This document shows, in pieces, positions 53,001 through 64,000 of a DNA stretch of 64,000 nt (positions within the stretch are counted from its first letter, which is position 1; each line of letters begins with the position of its first letter). This DNA comes from Nageia nagi. Taxonomy: Eukaryota > Plantae > Pinophyta. Location: assembly GCA_050084985.1 (NCBI GenBank), contig JBITNC010000001.1:102238001-102302000 (forward strand), read 5' to 3'. The translations under genes and the position numbers were made by a program. Below the pieces are notes generated by a model. The model had not been told where the DNA came from and ran no database searches. It saw nothing but the letters and a program-made list of their open reading frames with translations.

Positions 53001-56000
53001 AAGTTGCAGATTTAGAGATTAGTCATTAAACTTTGTGCATAAAAATGCATTTGCTTGCTTGAATATGATGTAGAATGGTATAAAGGTCATAACCTTGGCC
53101 ATATTGCTAAGTTTTGCAAAAGCATGAATCAAAGAGAAGAGAAGAACCAAACAAGTGAAGACGATTCTTCCTGGAATAAAAACAACAATGAAGTCAAACC
53201 CAAGCTCAAGAAGGTATGGAAAGAAAAGGGTGTTAATGTCAATCAATCCTTAATTGCGTAAATTGCCTTGAAAGCTCAAAGCAAACCTAAGCCATGGATC
53301 CTTGATAGTGGCTATTCCAAACACATGACAAGTGATAAACAAAGGTTTAAGAATCTAGACGAGTATGAAGGTGGATCAATGAAGTTTGGGAATAATGATG
53401 GAGCTAAAATAGTAGGAAGAGGTATTGTTAAGCTTGGTAACGACAAGATTAAATCTGAAGAAGTACTATTTGTGGCTGGCCTAAAGCATAGCTTGCTAAG
53501 TGTGAGTCAAATTTGTGACAAAGGTAATGATATTATTTTCAAAAAGCATGGTTGTGAGATTAGAAGAGCAGACAATGGGAAGCTAGTGGCATATGGAACA
53601 AGAACTGTTGGTAACTTATACACTCTAACTAAGACTACTAAAGGTGTTTGCTTAATCCAAGAGGATGCAAAGTAGTTATGGCACAAGAGACTTGGTCACA
53701 TCAATTTTGACAATTTTGCAAAGATCAGCACAACAAAGGCAGTAAGAGACATACCATGCATCTCAAAACCATCAAATCACATATGCCCTTCATGTCAAAT
53801 AGGTAAACAACCTAGATCTACTTTCAAAGTTAACGAGTACTATACTAATAAACCAATTGAACTTATGCATACTAACTTATGTGGACCAACTAGAACTCAA
53901 AGCATACATACTCATAGATACTTCATGTTATGTGTTGATGATTTTACTAGAATGACATGGGTGCAATTTCTTAAGCATAAGTCAGAGTCTCTTGAATGAA
54001 TAATGTAAGATTGTTAGAAACAAAGCAAGATTGGTATGTAAAGGTTATACTCACGTAGAACGTATTGATTTTGATGAGACTTTTGCACCGGTAGCTAGAC
54101 TTTAACTTATTCGAATGTTCTTGCTTTGGTTGTATACAAAACTTGTATTTTTTTCAAACAGATGTCAAGGCTGAATTTTTCAATGGCATTCTAGAAGAAG
54201 AGGTTTATATTGTACAATCGAATGGATTTCAGTTGGGAGATGATCCTAACATGGTATGCAAATTGAAAAAGGCATTGCATGGATTGAAACAAGCTCCAAG
54301 AGCTTGGTATGCTAGATTGGATAAGTACCTTTTGGAAAAAGGATTCAAATAGGGGATAGTTGGTAGTAACTTGTATGTGATAAAAAGGGACATCTAATAT
54401 TAATTGTTATTTATGTTGATGACATTATTTTTGGTAGCAACAAAGATAACCTTTGTAATGATTTTGCAAAAATAAAGGAGTTTGAGATGTCCACGATAGT
54501 TAAACTTTCATATTTTCTTGGTTTACAAGTAAATTAGCAAGAAAAAAGAATTGTTATCTCACAGGTCAAGTATGTTAAAGAGATATTGAAGAAATTTAGC
54601 ATTGAGGACAATAAACTTGTTGGTAACTCCATGAAAACCGATTGCAAATTGAGTAAAATGGATACTTCACCAAATGTTAATCACACCTTATATAGGTCTA
54701 TGATTGGTAGCTTCTTGTATTTGACTGCTACAAGATCTAATATATTGCAAGTTGTATGCATGGTTGCTAGATTCCAAGTTGATCCAAAGGAAGTGCATGT
54801 GCAAGTGGTAAAGAGGATCTTTAGATACCTAAAAGGCACCATGGAGTTTAGATTGTGGTATCCCACAGGTATGGACTTCACTTTATTTGCTTACTCAGAT
54901 GTTGATTGGGCAGGTTGTATGGATGACAGAAAAAGCACTAATGGTGGTGCATTTTACCTTGGAGACAATCTAGTTTGTAGCATAGCAAAAAATAAGATCC
55001 AGTATCCTTATCTATAGCAAAGGCAAAGTACATTGCAGTAGCATCTTGTTGCACACAAGTATTGTGGATGAAACAAATCTTGAAAGACATTGGAATAATT
55101 TGTAATGATCATATTCCTTTGCTTTGTGATAATACTTCAACAATAAATATTTCTAAAAATCTTATTATGCACTCGAGAACAAAACACATTGCAATAAGGC
55201 ATCATTTTTTGAAAGAAAAATTTGTTGTTGAAGAAGTCAAAATGGAGTTTGTGTCCACTTCAAAGCAAGTTGTTGATATCTTTACCAAACCACTACCAAA
55301 ATATACTTTTGAATACTTGAGGCAAAAGTTAGTAGTGGTTACACTCCCCAATAACTAATCGGTTCTTGAGAGCACAACCTTAGGGGGAGCATATTCATTA
55401 TTTTATCTTACTACTCTCAATCATGTTTTGTCATTTTTCTTGCCTAAGGATAATGTGCCTGAGTAAAAGGGAGCAATTATGAGTGTTGTCATTGTTGGTT
55501 GTGCAAAAGGTTATTGTTTGTATTTTTGTTAATAGCTATATGTTGAGATTGTACATTTTTTGTTGCTTCATAATTGATTATGATTGCCAAATTTTACACC
55601 TTTGTCATTGTTATCAAAGGGATAGAAGAGCAGTGTGTGTTTATGTGTTGCCAACAATTCCAAAGGGGGAGATTGTTGAACTAGAGGTTGTCATTGTTCT
55701 CAACAGAGGAATTACAAGAATGATCAAAGGACTTGTAAGTTGTTATTGTTGTTCTCATGATGAAAATTATCATTCTTCATTGTTATGATATTACATTATG
55801 GAGTGTTTTTGTTCTCTATCTTAGAATAGAATGCCTTGAGAAAGTTTCTAGTTCGCAGTAAAATAATAGTTGGGGTTGTAGTGAAGCAAAGCAATTGAGA
55901 AAAGTTGTAGTCTGGCAATTGAGAAAAGTTGCAGTCTGCAGTCTGAACTATCAATAGATATATCATGGGCATATTATCTTGTGCAATACATTATGGGTGT

Positions 56001-57060
56001 ATATCTTGTTTTCCAATACATTATGGGCATATATCTTACTTATTCGATGATCAAAAATATCACCAAATAGATTCTGTACATCTCTAAAGCTTGTCTGATG
56101 ATAAAAAAATATTGCCAAGTATATTATGGGTGTATATCATGCATCTAGATAAATTTTGGATGTATATCTTGCAGCTAGATTAATTCTAGGTGTATACCAG
56201 TACAATTTGAGCATATATCATAGTTTGCAATTATGAAAAATGATTGTAAAACACTCAATTCTTAAGTAAAAGTGGTCATATGACCACTTGTTTCGTGTCT
56301 ACAGGACAAGAGCTATTCAATGGTGGAGGTTTTATTTTATTTTGAGACATGTATCAAAAAAATTGGATGTTTAAATGTGTGGGATTTCTTTTATTATTCA
56401 TTGTTTTGAAACTGAATGCATCGAGGTTGTAAAAGATGATAGTGGCAAGATTCACAATTACATTTTAGCTTAAGGTAACTCCTCCAAAATTCGTGAAGCA
56501 TTGTTTTAGCAATGAAAGAGAGTTTGATGAAAATAAGATCCAGTGGAGACATATGAATTATGTAGTAAAAAATTCAAATGATCTTACATCCAAATGAATG
56601 TAGCAAATGGTATTTAGTAATCAAGCTTTGTGTGTGAAAACAATCCAATAGATGAAGCTACCTAAAATCACTAAGAAAAAGAGACATTAATGCCATCGAC
56701 CAAGAAAGGATAGTGTTAGAGGTCACATAATGGTATTATATGAGTTGTATATATAGGTTGGAATAGAACAAAGTTGAATGTGATTTACATTGTTATCAAG
56801 TTGGTACTTGATTAGGAGTTGGAGCTCCTTGTAGTGGGTGTTACAGAATTGAGGGTTAGTTGCAATTGATCATTGGATTTGGATGGGAGTCCAAGCAATC
56901 GATTTGGCACAATGGTTTTTACCCGCATTGGGTTTCCACCATACATCTTGTGTTGGATGATGCTTAATTGTGTGATTGTTTGATTACTTGTTTTAAATTA
57001 TTTTTGGAATTGATCATCCCCCCCTCCCCCCCGCCTTTCAGTTTCATTTCTAGTCTAACA
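50046..57060 (+). mobile_element. Complete decayed Ty1/Copia, SIRE/Maximus-like
   Basis: LTRs 50046-51330 and 55674-57060, perfect TSD GTTAA, PBS tggtatcaaa at 51333, PPT aagggggagat plus upstream PPT-like copies, C-rich motif ttcaccccccctct near the LTR end, extended gag. Confidence 0.95.
51395..55358 (+). pseudogene. SIRE gag-pol (gag with coiled coil and 3 knuckles, PR, partial IN, RT, RH)
   Basis: APLFDGTNYAFWK, WILDSGYSKHM, HKRLGH, DDFTR, YVDDIIF, DWAGCMDDRKST, TKHIAIRHHF. Many stops and an internal deletion near 54000. Confidence 0.93.
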
Positions 57061-57603
57061 GTTAATAATATTTCATTTTGGCATCCTTATACTGGGCCTT
57101 ATAATGGTATCAAAGCTTTGGCTCTTTCTTCTAGCAAATATGTGGAGATTCTACTTGGTTGGACACCTATGTGTTTTGGAGAGCTATCTTTGAACAATGT
57201 GGATGCTCTTTGCAACCCTATGCATCCCATATTTCTTTGCTCTCCTATGTTGACTCTATTTTCTATCCTTTGTGGACCTATTTGACAACTTGCATGTAGA
57301 TTTGAAGTAGACACCATCGTTAATCCATTTCACCTAACGTGGATTGTTTTCTACCTAGATTCGCCAAACAACTTTGCCTTCTTATCCAATCACCTTGTTG
57401 AATCACTTAGTTGCATCAACCCTTTAATTGTTTGGCTGCAACCTCTATGGTATTTTGAGGTATTTTTTAGCCCTTTTAAAATTCTGAAGACTATTTTGGT
57501 CATTACTTGAAGATGAAGATGGTGTCCTCCATTATTTCTTAAAGGCATTGTTATATACTCACATTTATGTTGAAGATTTTTTGAAGACTTGCTATCCTAT
57601 TGC
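57061..57603 (+). mobile_element. LTR end, PBS (57105) and non-coding internal remnant of the element hit by the SIRE insertion
   Basis: gggccttata-a-tggtatcaaagc; no ORF follows. Confidence 0.5.
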
Positions 57604-58211
57604 TGTAAGAATTTGTAATGAAATATTGTGAATATCTAAACTCTTTGTAAATTCAATTAATCACTTAAAGGATATGTAGATACCTTAAGGGATTAATTGA
57701 ATTCTTTATTTTGTAGACTTTGACTTTACCAAGTGGTTAGTTGGTAGGTTAAAGTTAGGTGATACATTTATTGTAACCCTAACCTTACCCTTGGGTTAAA
57801 GGGAGGTTAGGGAGGTGCTCTCAAGCTATAAATAGAGGGCCTCTCCTCTTGTAACATAACTAAGTTTTTGGAGTAAGATTACTCTACTAGTTGTGTAGGA
57901 GAGGAAGAGAATAGTTGTAAGAGGGGCATACTTGAGAATTGAGATACTAGTTGTGGATGTACTCCCAAGGAGGGAGGAACCACATTACACTTGTGTTATC
58001 TTGTGTGATTGTGTTATCTTGTGTATGATTGAGTTTCCTAGTCTTGGTCCTTGAGGATTTGTTTAGATCTAGTCTAACTCCTTCATTTGGTATCAGAGCT
58101 TGGTGTGGAAGCTCTTCTTCTTGGTGTGGAAGCTCTTCTTCTTGGTGTGGAAGCTCTTCTTTTGGTGTGGAAGCTACATCTTGGTGATCCTTCTTCATTC
58201 CTCATCTTACA
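57604..58211 (+). repeat. LTR-like unit with an internal perfect PBS and a 21-bp tandem repeat
   Basis: TGTAAGA...TCTTACA termini, TATA ctataaata (~57827), tggtatcagagc at 58088-58099, and ttggtgtggaagctcttcttc x~4 (58100-58185). No matching TSD. Confidence 0.6.
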
Positions 58212-58856
58212 ACCATTGGTGAGGTAAATTCCAAGAGAAGGTATAAATTTCCTCCTCATTTGGTTATTTTATGGATTATTACATGATGCTACTAACACAT
58301 TACTTGCTATGTGTTAGTCCTTTTCAATTATGATTAAAAGTTGCAATTTTTTTTTACCAATCCTTTATGTTACTTGCAATTTAAAATTGCTATAATTCTT
58401 TTAAAAAGGGTTAGTATACAAAAATTGTATTTTTTCATATTATATTGAACTTAAATGTATGTGTTGGTTCAATTTATCATAACATTTGCTTAATACCAAT
58501 ATATGATGAAACTTGCAATATATACTAACATTAATTATGTTATTACTATTTGCTTAAAAATAGTAATATATTATTGTGAAATTTCTCCTATATATCCTAC
58601 CATTTTTTATGTTAGTGGTATTTTTTATTGGTGAGGCATGAACCTTTACAAAAATGAGAGGAGGATAATTTTTTGTTCTACTACAAATTTTTACATGAGG
58701 GCACAATAATATTTATATACATTTTTTTGTATATCCAAAAACTAGGGAAAGATATTTAAAAATCAAATAAGTTTTTTTTTAATTATCAATTTATAAATAA
58801 ATTAAAACCATTCAAAAATTAATTCAGGGGGGGTCAAGAAAAATAGCGCGCGCCCT

Positions 58857-59470
58857 GCCAAATGTGGAAACGTAGGAAAGGATCTGTGAATTGTTTGACA
58901 AAATGCCTCCTGACGATGCCATCTCACAGGCTATGCACCAAACGATGATCGCGGAATATGCACAACACTGCACGCTGCAGACACCGTTTCACAGACTTTC
59001 ATGGCCAATGCTCAGGTAATGCACAAAACGCAGAGAAAGGCTCCGAAGCGTAAGAAGGAGGCTCGCGAAGTCCACAAGCGAGCTGCTTTTGCACAGAAGG
59101 CTCTTGGTATCAAGGGTAAGTTGTTTGCCAAGAAGCGTTATGCAGAGAAAGCATTAATGAAGAAAATAATTGTAAATATTTCGTAGCCTCCTCCTGTGGA
59201 CTGCCATGTTCGCAGGATCTGCACAAAATGAAAGGCCCGCGAATTGTTTCCCCGATGCATGCTTCAGACTACGTTTCATGGACTGCAATACGATGCACGA
59301 TGCAGACACCGTTTCATGGACTGCAATGTTTGCAGGATATGCACAAAACGGCTACGTTGCAAGGCTTCTCCCGTTGTTTGACGCGATGCATGGTGCAGAC
59401 AGAGCTTCGTGGACTCCACTGCTCGAAGGATATGCACAAACCAAATATGTTGCAAGGGCCTGCAAAATTG
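58857..59470 (+). pseudogene. Scrambled PLS-class PPR gene fragments
   Basis: AKCGNV..ELFDKMP.DDAIS, WTAMFAGSAQN, DTVSWTAMFAGYAQNG...LFDAMHGADRASWT.LLEGYAQ. Confidence 0.85.
59046..59166 (+). pseudogene. NSA2: Ribosome biogenesis factor NSA2, N-terminal fragment
   Basis: KRKKEAREVHKRAAFAQKALGIKGKLFAKKRYAEKALMKK is recognisable as the conserved plant NSA2 N-terminal helix. The rest of the gene is absent. Confidence 0.85.
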
Positions 59471-60377
59471 AAAAGGTCTGCGACTGGTTTGATGTTTAAA
59501 TGGGCGGTTGAAGCACGCACTGCACTTTTTGCTCGCGGCTGGGTGGTCAACCACCGACTGGCCGCCCCACGCGGCCTCCGCCCGCCACTACTCACGCGCC
59601 CTCCACCTACTCTCCTTGCCGACTTTGGCCCCTGCCACGCCTGCCCAGCCTCTCCCCCTCCACGTGGCTTCCCTTGGCCACCTTCCCATATTTTTTTTTT
59701 TTCTCCATAAAGTTGTTAAGCCTTCATTTTTTTTACCCACTACACATTTGATTTGATTTTTTATGTCTAGGTCAACATTAAACATTTAAGGGCTTTTCCC
59801 TAAGTCTTTTTTAAGTAAACCAAAGCCATTTTTACTTAAAATGCATACTACAAAGACCATTTTTTTAAGGGATAACACCTTAAGTGCAAAGAAGGGGGGA
59901 ACCATCCTTAACACAATTTTTTTTGGCATCCAAGTTTTAGCACTTTAAGTAAAAACGGGGGGAATTTTTATAATTTTTTACTTAAATCTTTATGGATCTT
60001 GCATGCTAAGTTTATATTGCATGCCTCTTAACCTTGTTAGGAATCAAGCATGCTTAGTACTTAAAATTTTAAGTTAAATAATGCATGTTTATTACTTAAT
60101 TTTAAGTCATGGAATAATGCATGGTTAAGCTATGGATTAATGCTAAGTAAGACTTAGCCCTTTGTAAAATTCATTATTTTTGAACTTGAGCAAAAATATG
60201 AAAAATGTAAAAGTCCTTTAGGGGTTAGTACAAAACCCATTGGACTCTTAAGGTTTCAAGTTCGTATGGATGGAGTATTTTCACTTTACTTTATATTTTT
60301 GCACATTTGCTTTATACTTGCAAATACGTAAAATATTGAAAGTAACCCCTAAAATGAACACATTCGCACGTATTCTT

Positions 60378-60835
60378 CCACAACATGACTTGTTTGGGGA
60401 GCCACGAGGTGAGGACAGGGCAGACTGGAGCCTTTTTAGTCCGAAGACCCAAGTGGTGGTAAGTCCGTCTTAATTGCCCCTAAGACCTCTGTTGGATTGG
60501 ACATAACTCTATTAGGTGGACAGGCATGTGTGTAGTGATACCACATGTCCGCACGTCCATTCAGGGATTATCCTGATAACCTAGGAGGAAAACTGAAAAC
60601 CTTAATCAAGATAATTAAAATGGCCGGTCCAAGATACGTCGGATCCTTGGAAAATAGTTAGTACTTCTCCTTGTGAGAGTATATTACTGACCAAGGTGAA
60701 CTGGTTGAGGACTGGTAGTACCTGGACTCCACCTTGCGGGCATCCAGGTGAAGGCCTAATTCTATACAAGAAAACAACCTCAACTTTATCCTTCTACGGA
60801 TCGTGGGTTATAAGTTTGCACATGTGGGACATGTT
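60378..60835 (+). ncRNA. Candidate structured cis-RNA in the Copia leader
   Basis: At least 8 complementary helices found by eye (see findings); function unknown. Confidence 0.45.
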
Positions 60836-60914
60836 TACTTATTAGATGTTTTCTATGTATAGATGGAAAATTGTACAAATTTGCATTCTTATTGCATGTT
60901 TACTTTTTGTAGCA

Positions 60915-63900
60915 ATGGTTGAAACCTTCGTTCCCAAGCATATACTCGATGGTTCCAACTTTGGAATATGGGAACCTCGTATGAAAGCTGAGTTACAAGC
61001 AAGGAAGCTGTGGCAGACAGTTACTGAAGACTTGGTCGCTCCTACCGATGAGAAGGCTCTTGAAGTATACAACTCAAAGAATGAGTTAGCAACTTCAATG
61101 ATTTATCGTGCAGTTTCAGATGACGTCCTTCTCATGATCACTTCTTCAACATCAGCAAAGGAAACTTGGGATAAGCTAAAGAAAATTTACCTTGGGTCAA
61201 AATTTTCAAGGAGGTTCACCATTTTACAAAAGTTGTTGCAATATCGTCAAGGTGAAGATGAAAGTGCCTCTATCTACTTGAATAAAATCATTGACCTCAG
61301 GACACAACTGGTTGGTTGTGGGTGCAACTGGATCAATGATGAGTTCATGGTCTTCATCATTCTTCAAAGCCTTACTACAAAGTTCAGTAACTTTGTCACG
61401 GTTATGGAAACAAGGCTCGATGATGAAGAAGATGTCATCTCTCTTGATAACCTTTCTAGACTCCTGCTGAAGCATGAGGAAACTTTGAACAAGAAAATGT
61501 TGAACCTTTCTCCAAATGACAAAAGCATTGCTCTAGGAGCAACCAAAACTCCTTTCAAGAAGAAGTTCAAACATTATAAATTCAAAGATAACAAGTCCTC
61601 ATCTACCTTCAGGAAGTATGAGAAAAAGGGCAGCAATAATGGCAATTTCAGGCAAAGGAATGACAAAGCTGGATCAAGCAATCCAACACCTCAGGAAAAG
61701 TTTGATGGAAATTGTAACTTTTGTGGCATCTTTGGGCACAAAGAGTATGATTGTCGTAAAAAGAAATTTGCTCAAAAAGGCAAGGGAAATGCAAATATGA
61801 AAAATTTCATTAATAAAAAGAAGAACAAGCATACTGCTACTGTTGCCTACTACTCAATGACTCAAACTGTTTCAAATGATTGGATTTTGATTCAGGATGC
61901 ACTAATCACATGTGTTATGAAAAGGATAAGTTTGAAAACTTTCATAAGTACAAGAAGGATGCAGTTGTGATAGGTGATAATACAGTCCTTGATGTTCAAG
62001 GAATAGGGAGTGTGAAGATTCATGGAAAGACTCTTGATAATGTCTTTTATGTGCCTAAACAAAGGATGAATCTTATCTTCGTAATTCAGATTACAAGGAA
62101 AGGATACTCATTTGAATTTACCTCACACTCCTGGTGTGTTAAGAAAGGACTTGCCACCTTCATGAAAGGATCAGTAAAGGATGACCTTTATATTGTGGAT
62201 CAAGTTCCTTCAAAGATTTGTCTTGCTGCAAATGTTTGTTCAAAGGGTAATCTTTGGCATCAACGATTAGGGCACCTTAACCACAAGAATATTCAAGATA
62301 TGAAAACTCAAGAACTTGTGGAAGGTTTACCTAATATTTCACCCACAATTGGTCTTTGTAAAAGGTGCATTCTAGGAAAGATGAATAGGCAAAAGTTTGA
62401 AAAAGATAAGGCAACTCGGGCTACTTGTCCTCTTCAGCTTGTGTATTCAGATTTGATGGGTCCGTTTCAGACTAAGTCTCTAGGGGGAGCTTCTTATGTT
62501 CTGACCTTCATTGATGACTTCAGTAGGATGACATTTGGTTATCTACTTGAGCACAAGGATCAAACTTTTGACAGGTTTAAAGACTTTAAGGCACTTGTTG
62601 AAAATCAAACTGATTTTAAGATCAAGATGCTGAGATCTGATAATGGGGGTGAGTATAATAGCAATGAGTTTAACGATTATTGTGTTAAACATGGGATCAA
62701 GCGGCAATTCACAATCCCTTACACCCCTCAGCAAAATGGAGTTGCTGAAAGGAAGAATCGAACCATTATGGAAATGGCAAGGTGCATGTTGGGTAACCTT
62801 CCTAGTTTCTTATGGGGAGAAGCTGTTCACACTGCTATTCACACCCTAAATAGGTGTCCTACTAAGGCAGTTGAAGGTAAAACTCCATATGAAGCATGGA
62901 TAGGAAAGAAACCTAACCTCTCACACTTTAGGGTCTTCGGTTGTGATGCATTTGCCTTCATTACCTCAGAGAAAAGAAAGAAGCTAGATAAACGATCAGA
63001 AAAATGCATCTTTGTGGGGTATGATAATCAGCATAGAGGTTACAGGCTCTACTCCGCATCCCATAAAACAGTCTTTGTTTCTAGGGATGTCAAGTTCAAT
63101 GAACTTTCTGAGGATACGACCTCTCATGCTGAGGTGTCTGATTCAGATGATTCTTTGTCTGCACCTAACTGGTTGGATGATCATGTAGGGAAGTCACCAC
63201 AAGAGCAAAATTCTCCAGCTCAGAGAATTACAAGAAGTATGACCTTGAATAAATCCTTATTTGCCAAAATTGATAATACAAATGAGCCATCAACATTCAA
63301 AGAAGCTTCCAAGCAAGAGTGTTGGATGGAAACTATGAAAGTTGAGTATGAGGCGCTCATGAAAAATGAAACTTGGGATTTGGTTCCTTATCCCAATGAG
63401 AAAAATGTGATTGGAAATAAATGGATATACAAGGTCAAGTACAATTCTGATGGAAAAATTGAAAAATACAAAGCAAGGTTAGTGGCCAAAGGATTCGCTC
63501 AAAAATATGGTATTGATTATGAGGAAACCTTTGCTCCTATGGCCAAGATGCCTACTGTCAGAATAATCCTTGCTCTTTCTGCAGCTCAAGGATGGAAAGC
63601 TTTTCAACTTGATGTCAAAAGTGCATTTCTCAATGGTGACTTGATGTAGAAATCTACATGAATCAACCAGAAGGATTTATTCCAGAAGGAAAAGAGTCTC
63701 TTGTGTGCAAGCTAAAGAAGTCTTTGTATGGACTTAAGCAAGCACCTAGAGCATGGTACAAGAAAATTTCAGGATTCTTTGCAGATATTGGTTTTTCCAA
63801 GTGCTTCTCTGACTCAGATCTCTATGTACTCAATCAAGGAAAAGACGTGGTCTTAATTCTCCTTTATGTGGATGATCTTCTCATAACTGGCAATAATATT

Positions 63901-64000
63901 GAAATCATTCAAGAGTGCATCTCCAAACTGAAGGTAACATTTGAAATGACTGATTTAGGTCTTTTGCATTACTATCTTGGGATGCAAGTATACCAACACA
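60915..64000 (+). CDS. Copia gag-pol polyprotein with two single-base frameshifts (~61888, ~63643)
   Basis: UBN2-type gag, CNFCGIFGHKEYDC, DSGCTNHM, WHQRLGH..C..C, DDFSR/SDNGGEY/NGVAE, RT YKARLVAKG...LYVDDLL. Confidence 0.92.

Larger units (their letters stand above)
59520..64000 (+). mobile_element. Young Ty1/Copia element (leader + gag-pol), runs off the window; no 5' LTR or PBS recognised
   Basis: Long ORFs with gag, CCHC, PR, IN and RT. The left boundary is inferred. Confidence 0.8.

Noticed and set aside
55483-55788. env-like ORF of the SIRE element
   Set aside because: Short, low-complexity, and runs through the PPT into the LTR.
58100-58185. CRISPR-like array
   Set aside because: Head-to-tail 21-bp repeats with no spacers and no cas genes, in a eukaryotic context.
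57947-58198. EEELPHQ repeat peptide
   Set aside because: Antisense translation of the 21-bp array within an LTR.
59228-59785. Overlapping 65-160 aa ORFs on both strands
   Set aside because: By-products of high GC content and alternative frames of PPR fragments; no recognisable protein.
60620-60700. HDV-like ribozyme suggested by a ggccgg start
   Set aside because: The nested double-pseudoknot pairings could not be built by eye.
60846-60914. Signal-peptide or TM-like N-terminal extension of gag
   Set aside because: The hydrophobicity derives from a T-rich acceptor tract; the likelier start is the ATG at 60915.
61875-61900. Programmed gag-pol frameshift
   Set aside because: The shift falls inside the protease active-site motif, and an equivalent lesion occurs in RT.

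Overview
AT-rich, strongly CpG-depleted plant nuclear DNA. The element families, their age and their LTR styles suggest a gymnosperm-like giant genome (inference). No intact host gene is present; the window is almost entirely nested, decayed transposable elements. From left to right: (1) the 3' half of an Ogre/Tat Gypsy element with an antisense PMD pseudogene and a ~191-bp tandem array; (2) a Gypsy LTR with PBS and leader; (3) a decayed hAT (ZNF862-like) transposon; (4) a nest made of chromovirus-type Gypsy A (13855-37939), which holds a solo LTR, a TIR element and Gypsy B (19469-35476), which in turn holds a full Ogre/Tat element (22690-31701); (5) LINE fragments; (6) a rearranged Gypsy block with two tandem protease domains fused head-to-head to a third; (7) a complete, old SIRE-type Copia (50046-57060, TSD GTTAA); (8) a CpG-rich island of scrambled PLS-type PPR fragments with an embedded NSA2 N-terminal fragment; (9) a young, nearly intact Copia gag-pol whose leader contains a densely base-paired ~450-nt region and a probable intron. 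The best candidates for new biology are the structured Copia leader RNA, the PPR/NSA2/Copia chimeric locus, the tandem-protease Gypsy, the structured 190-nt Ogre 3' repeats and a GGG-ended TIR element with a 4-5-bp TSD. All alignments, translations and foldings were done by eye.
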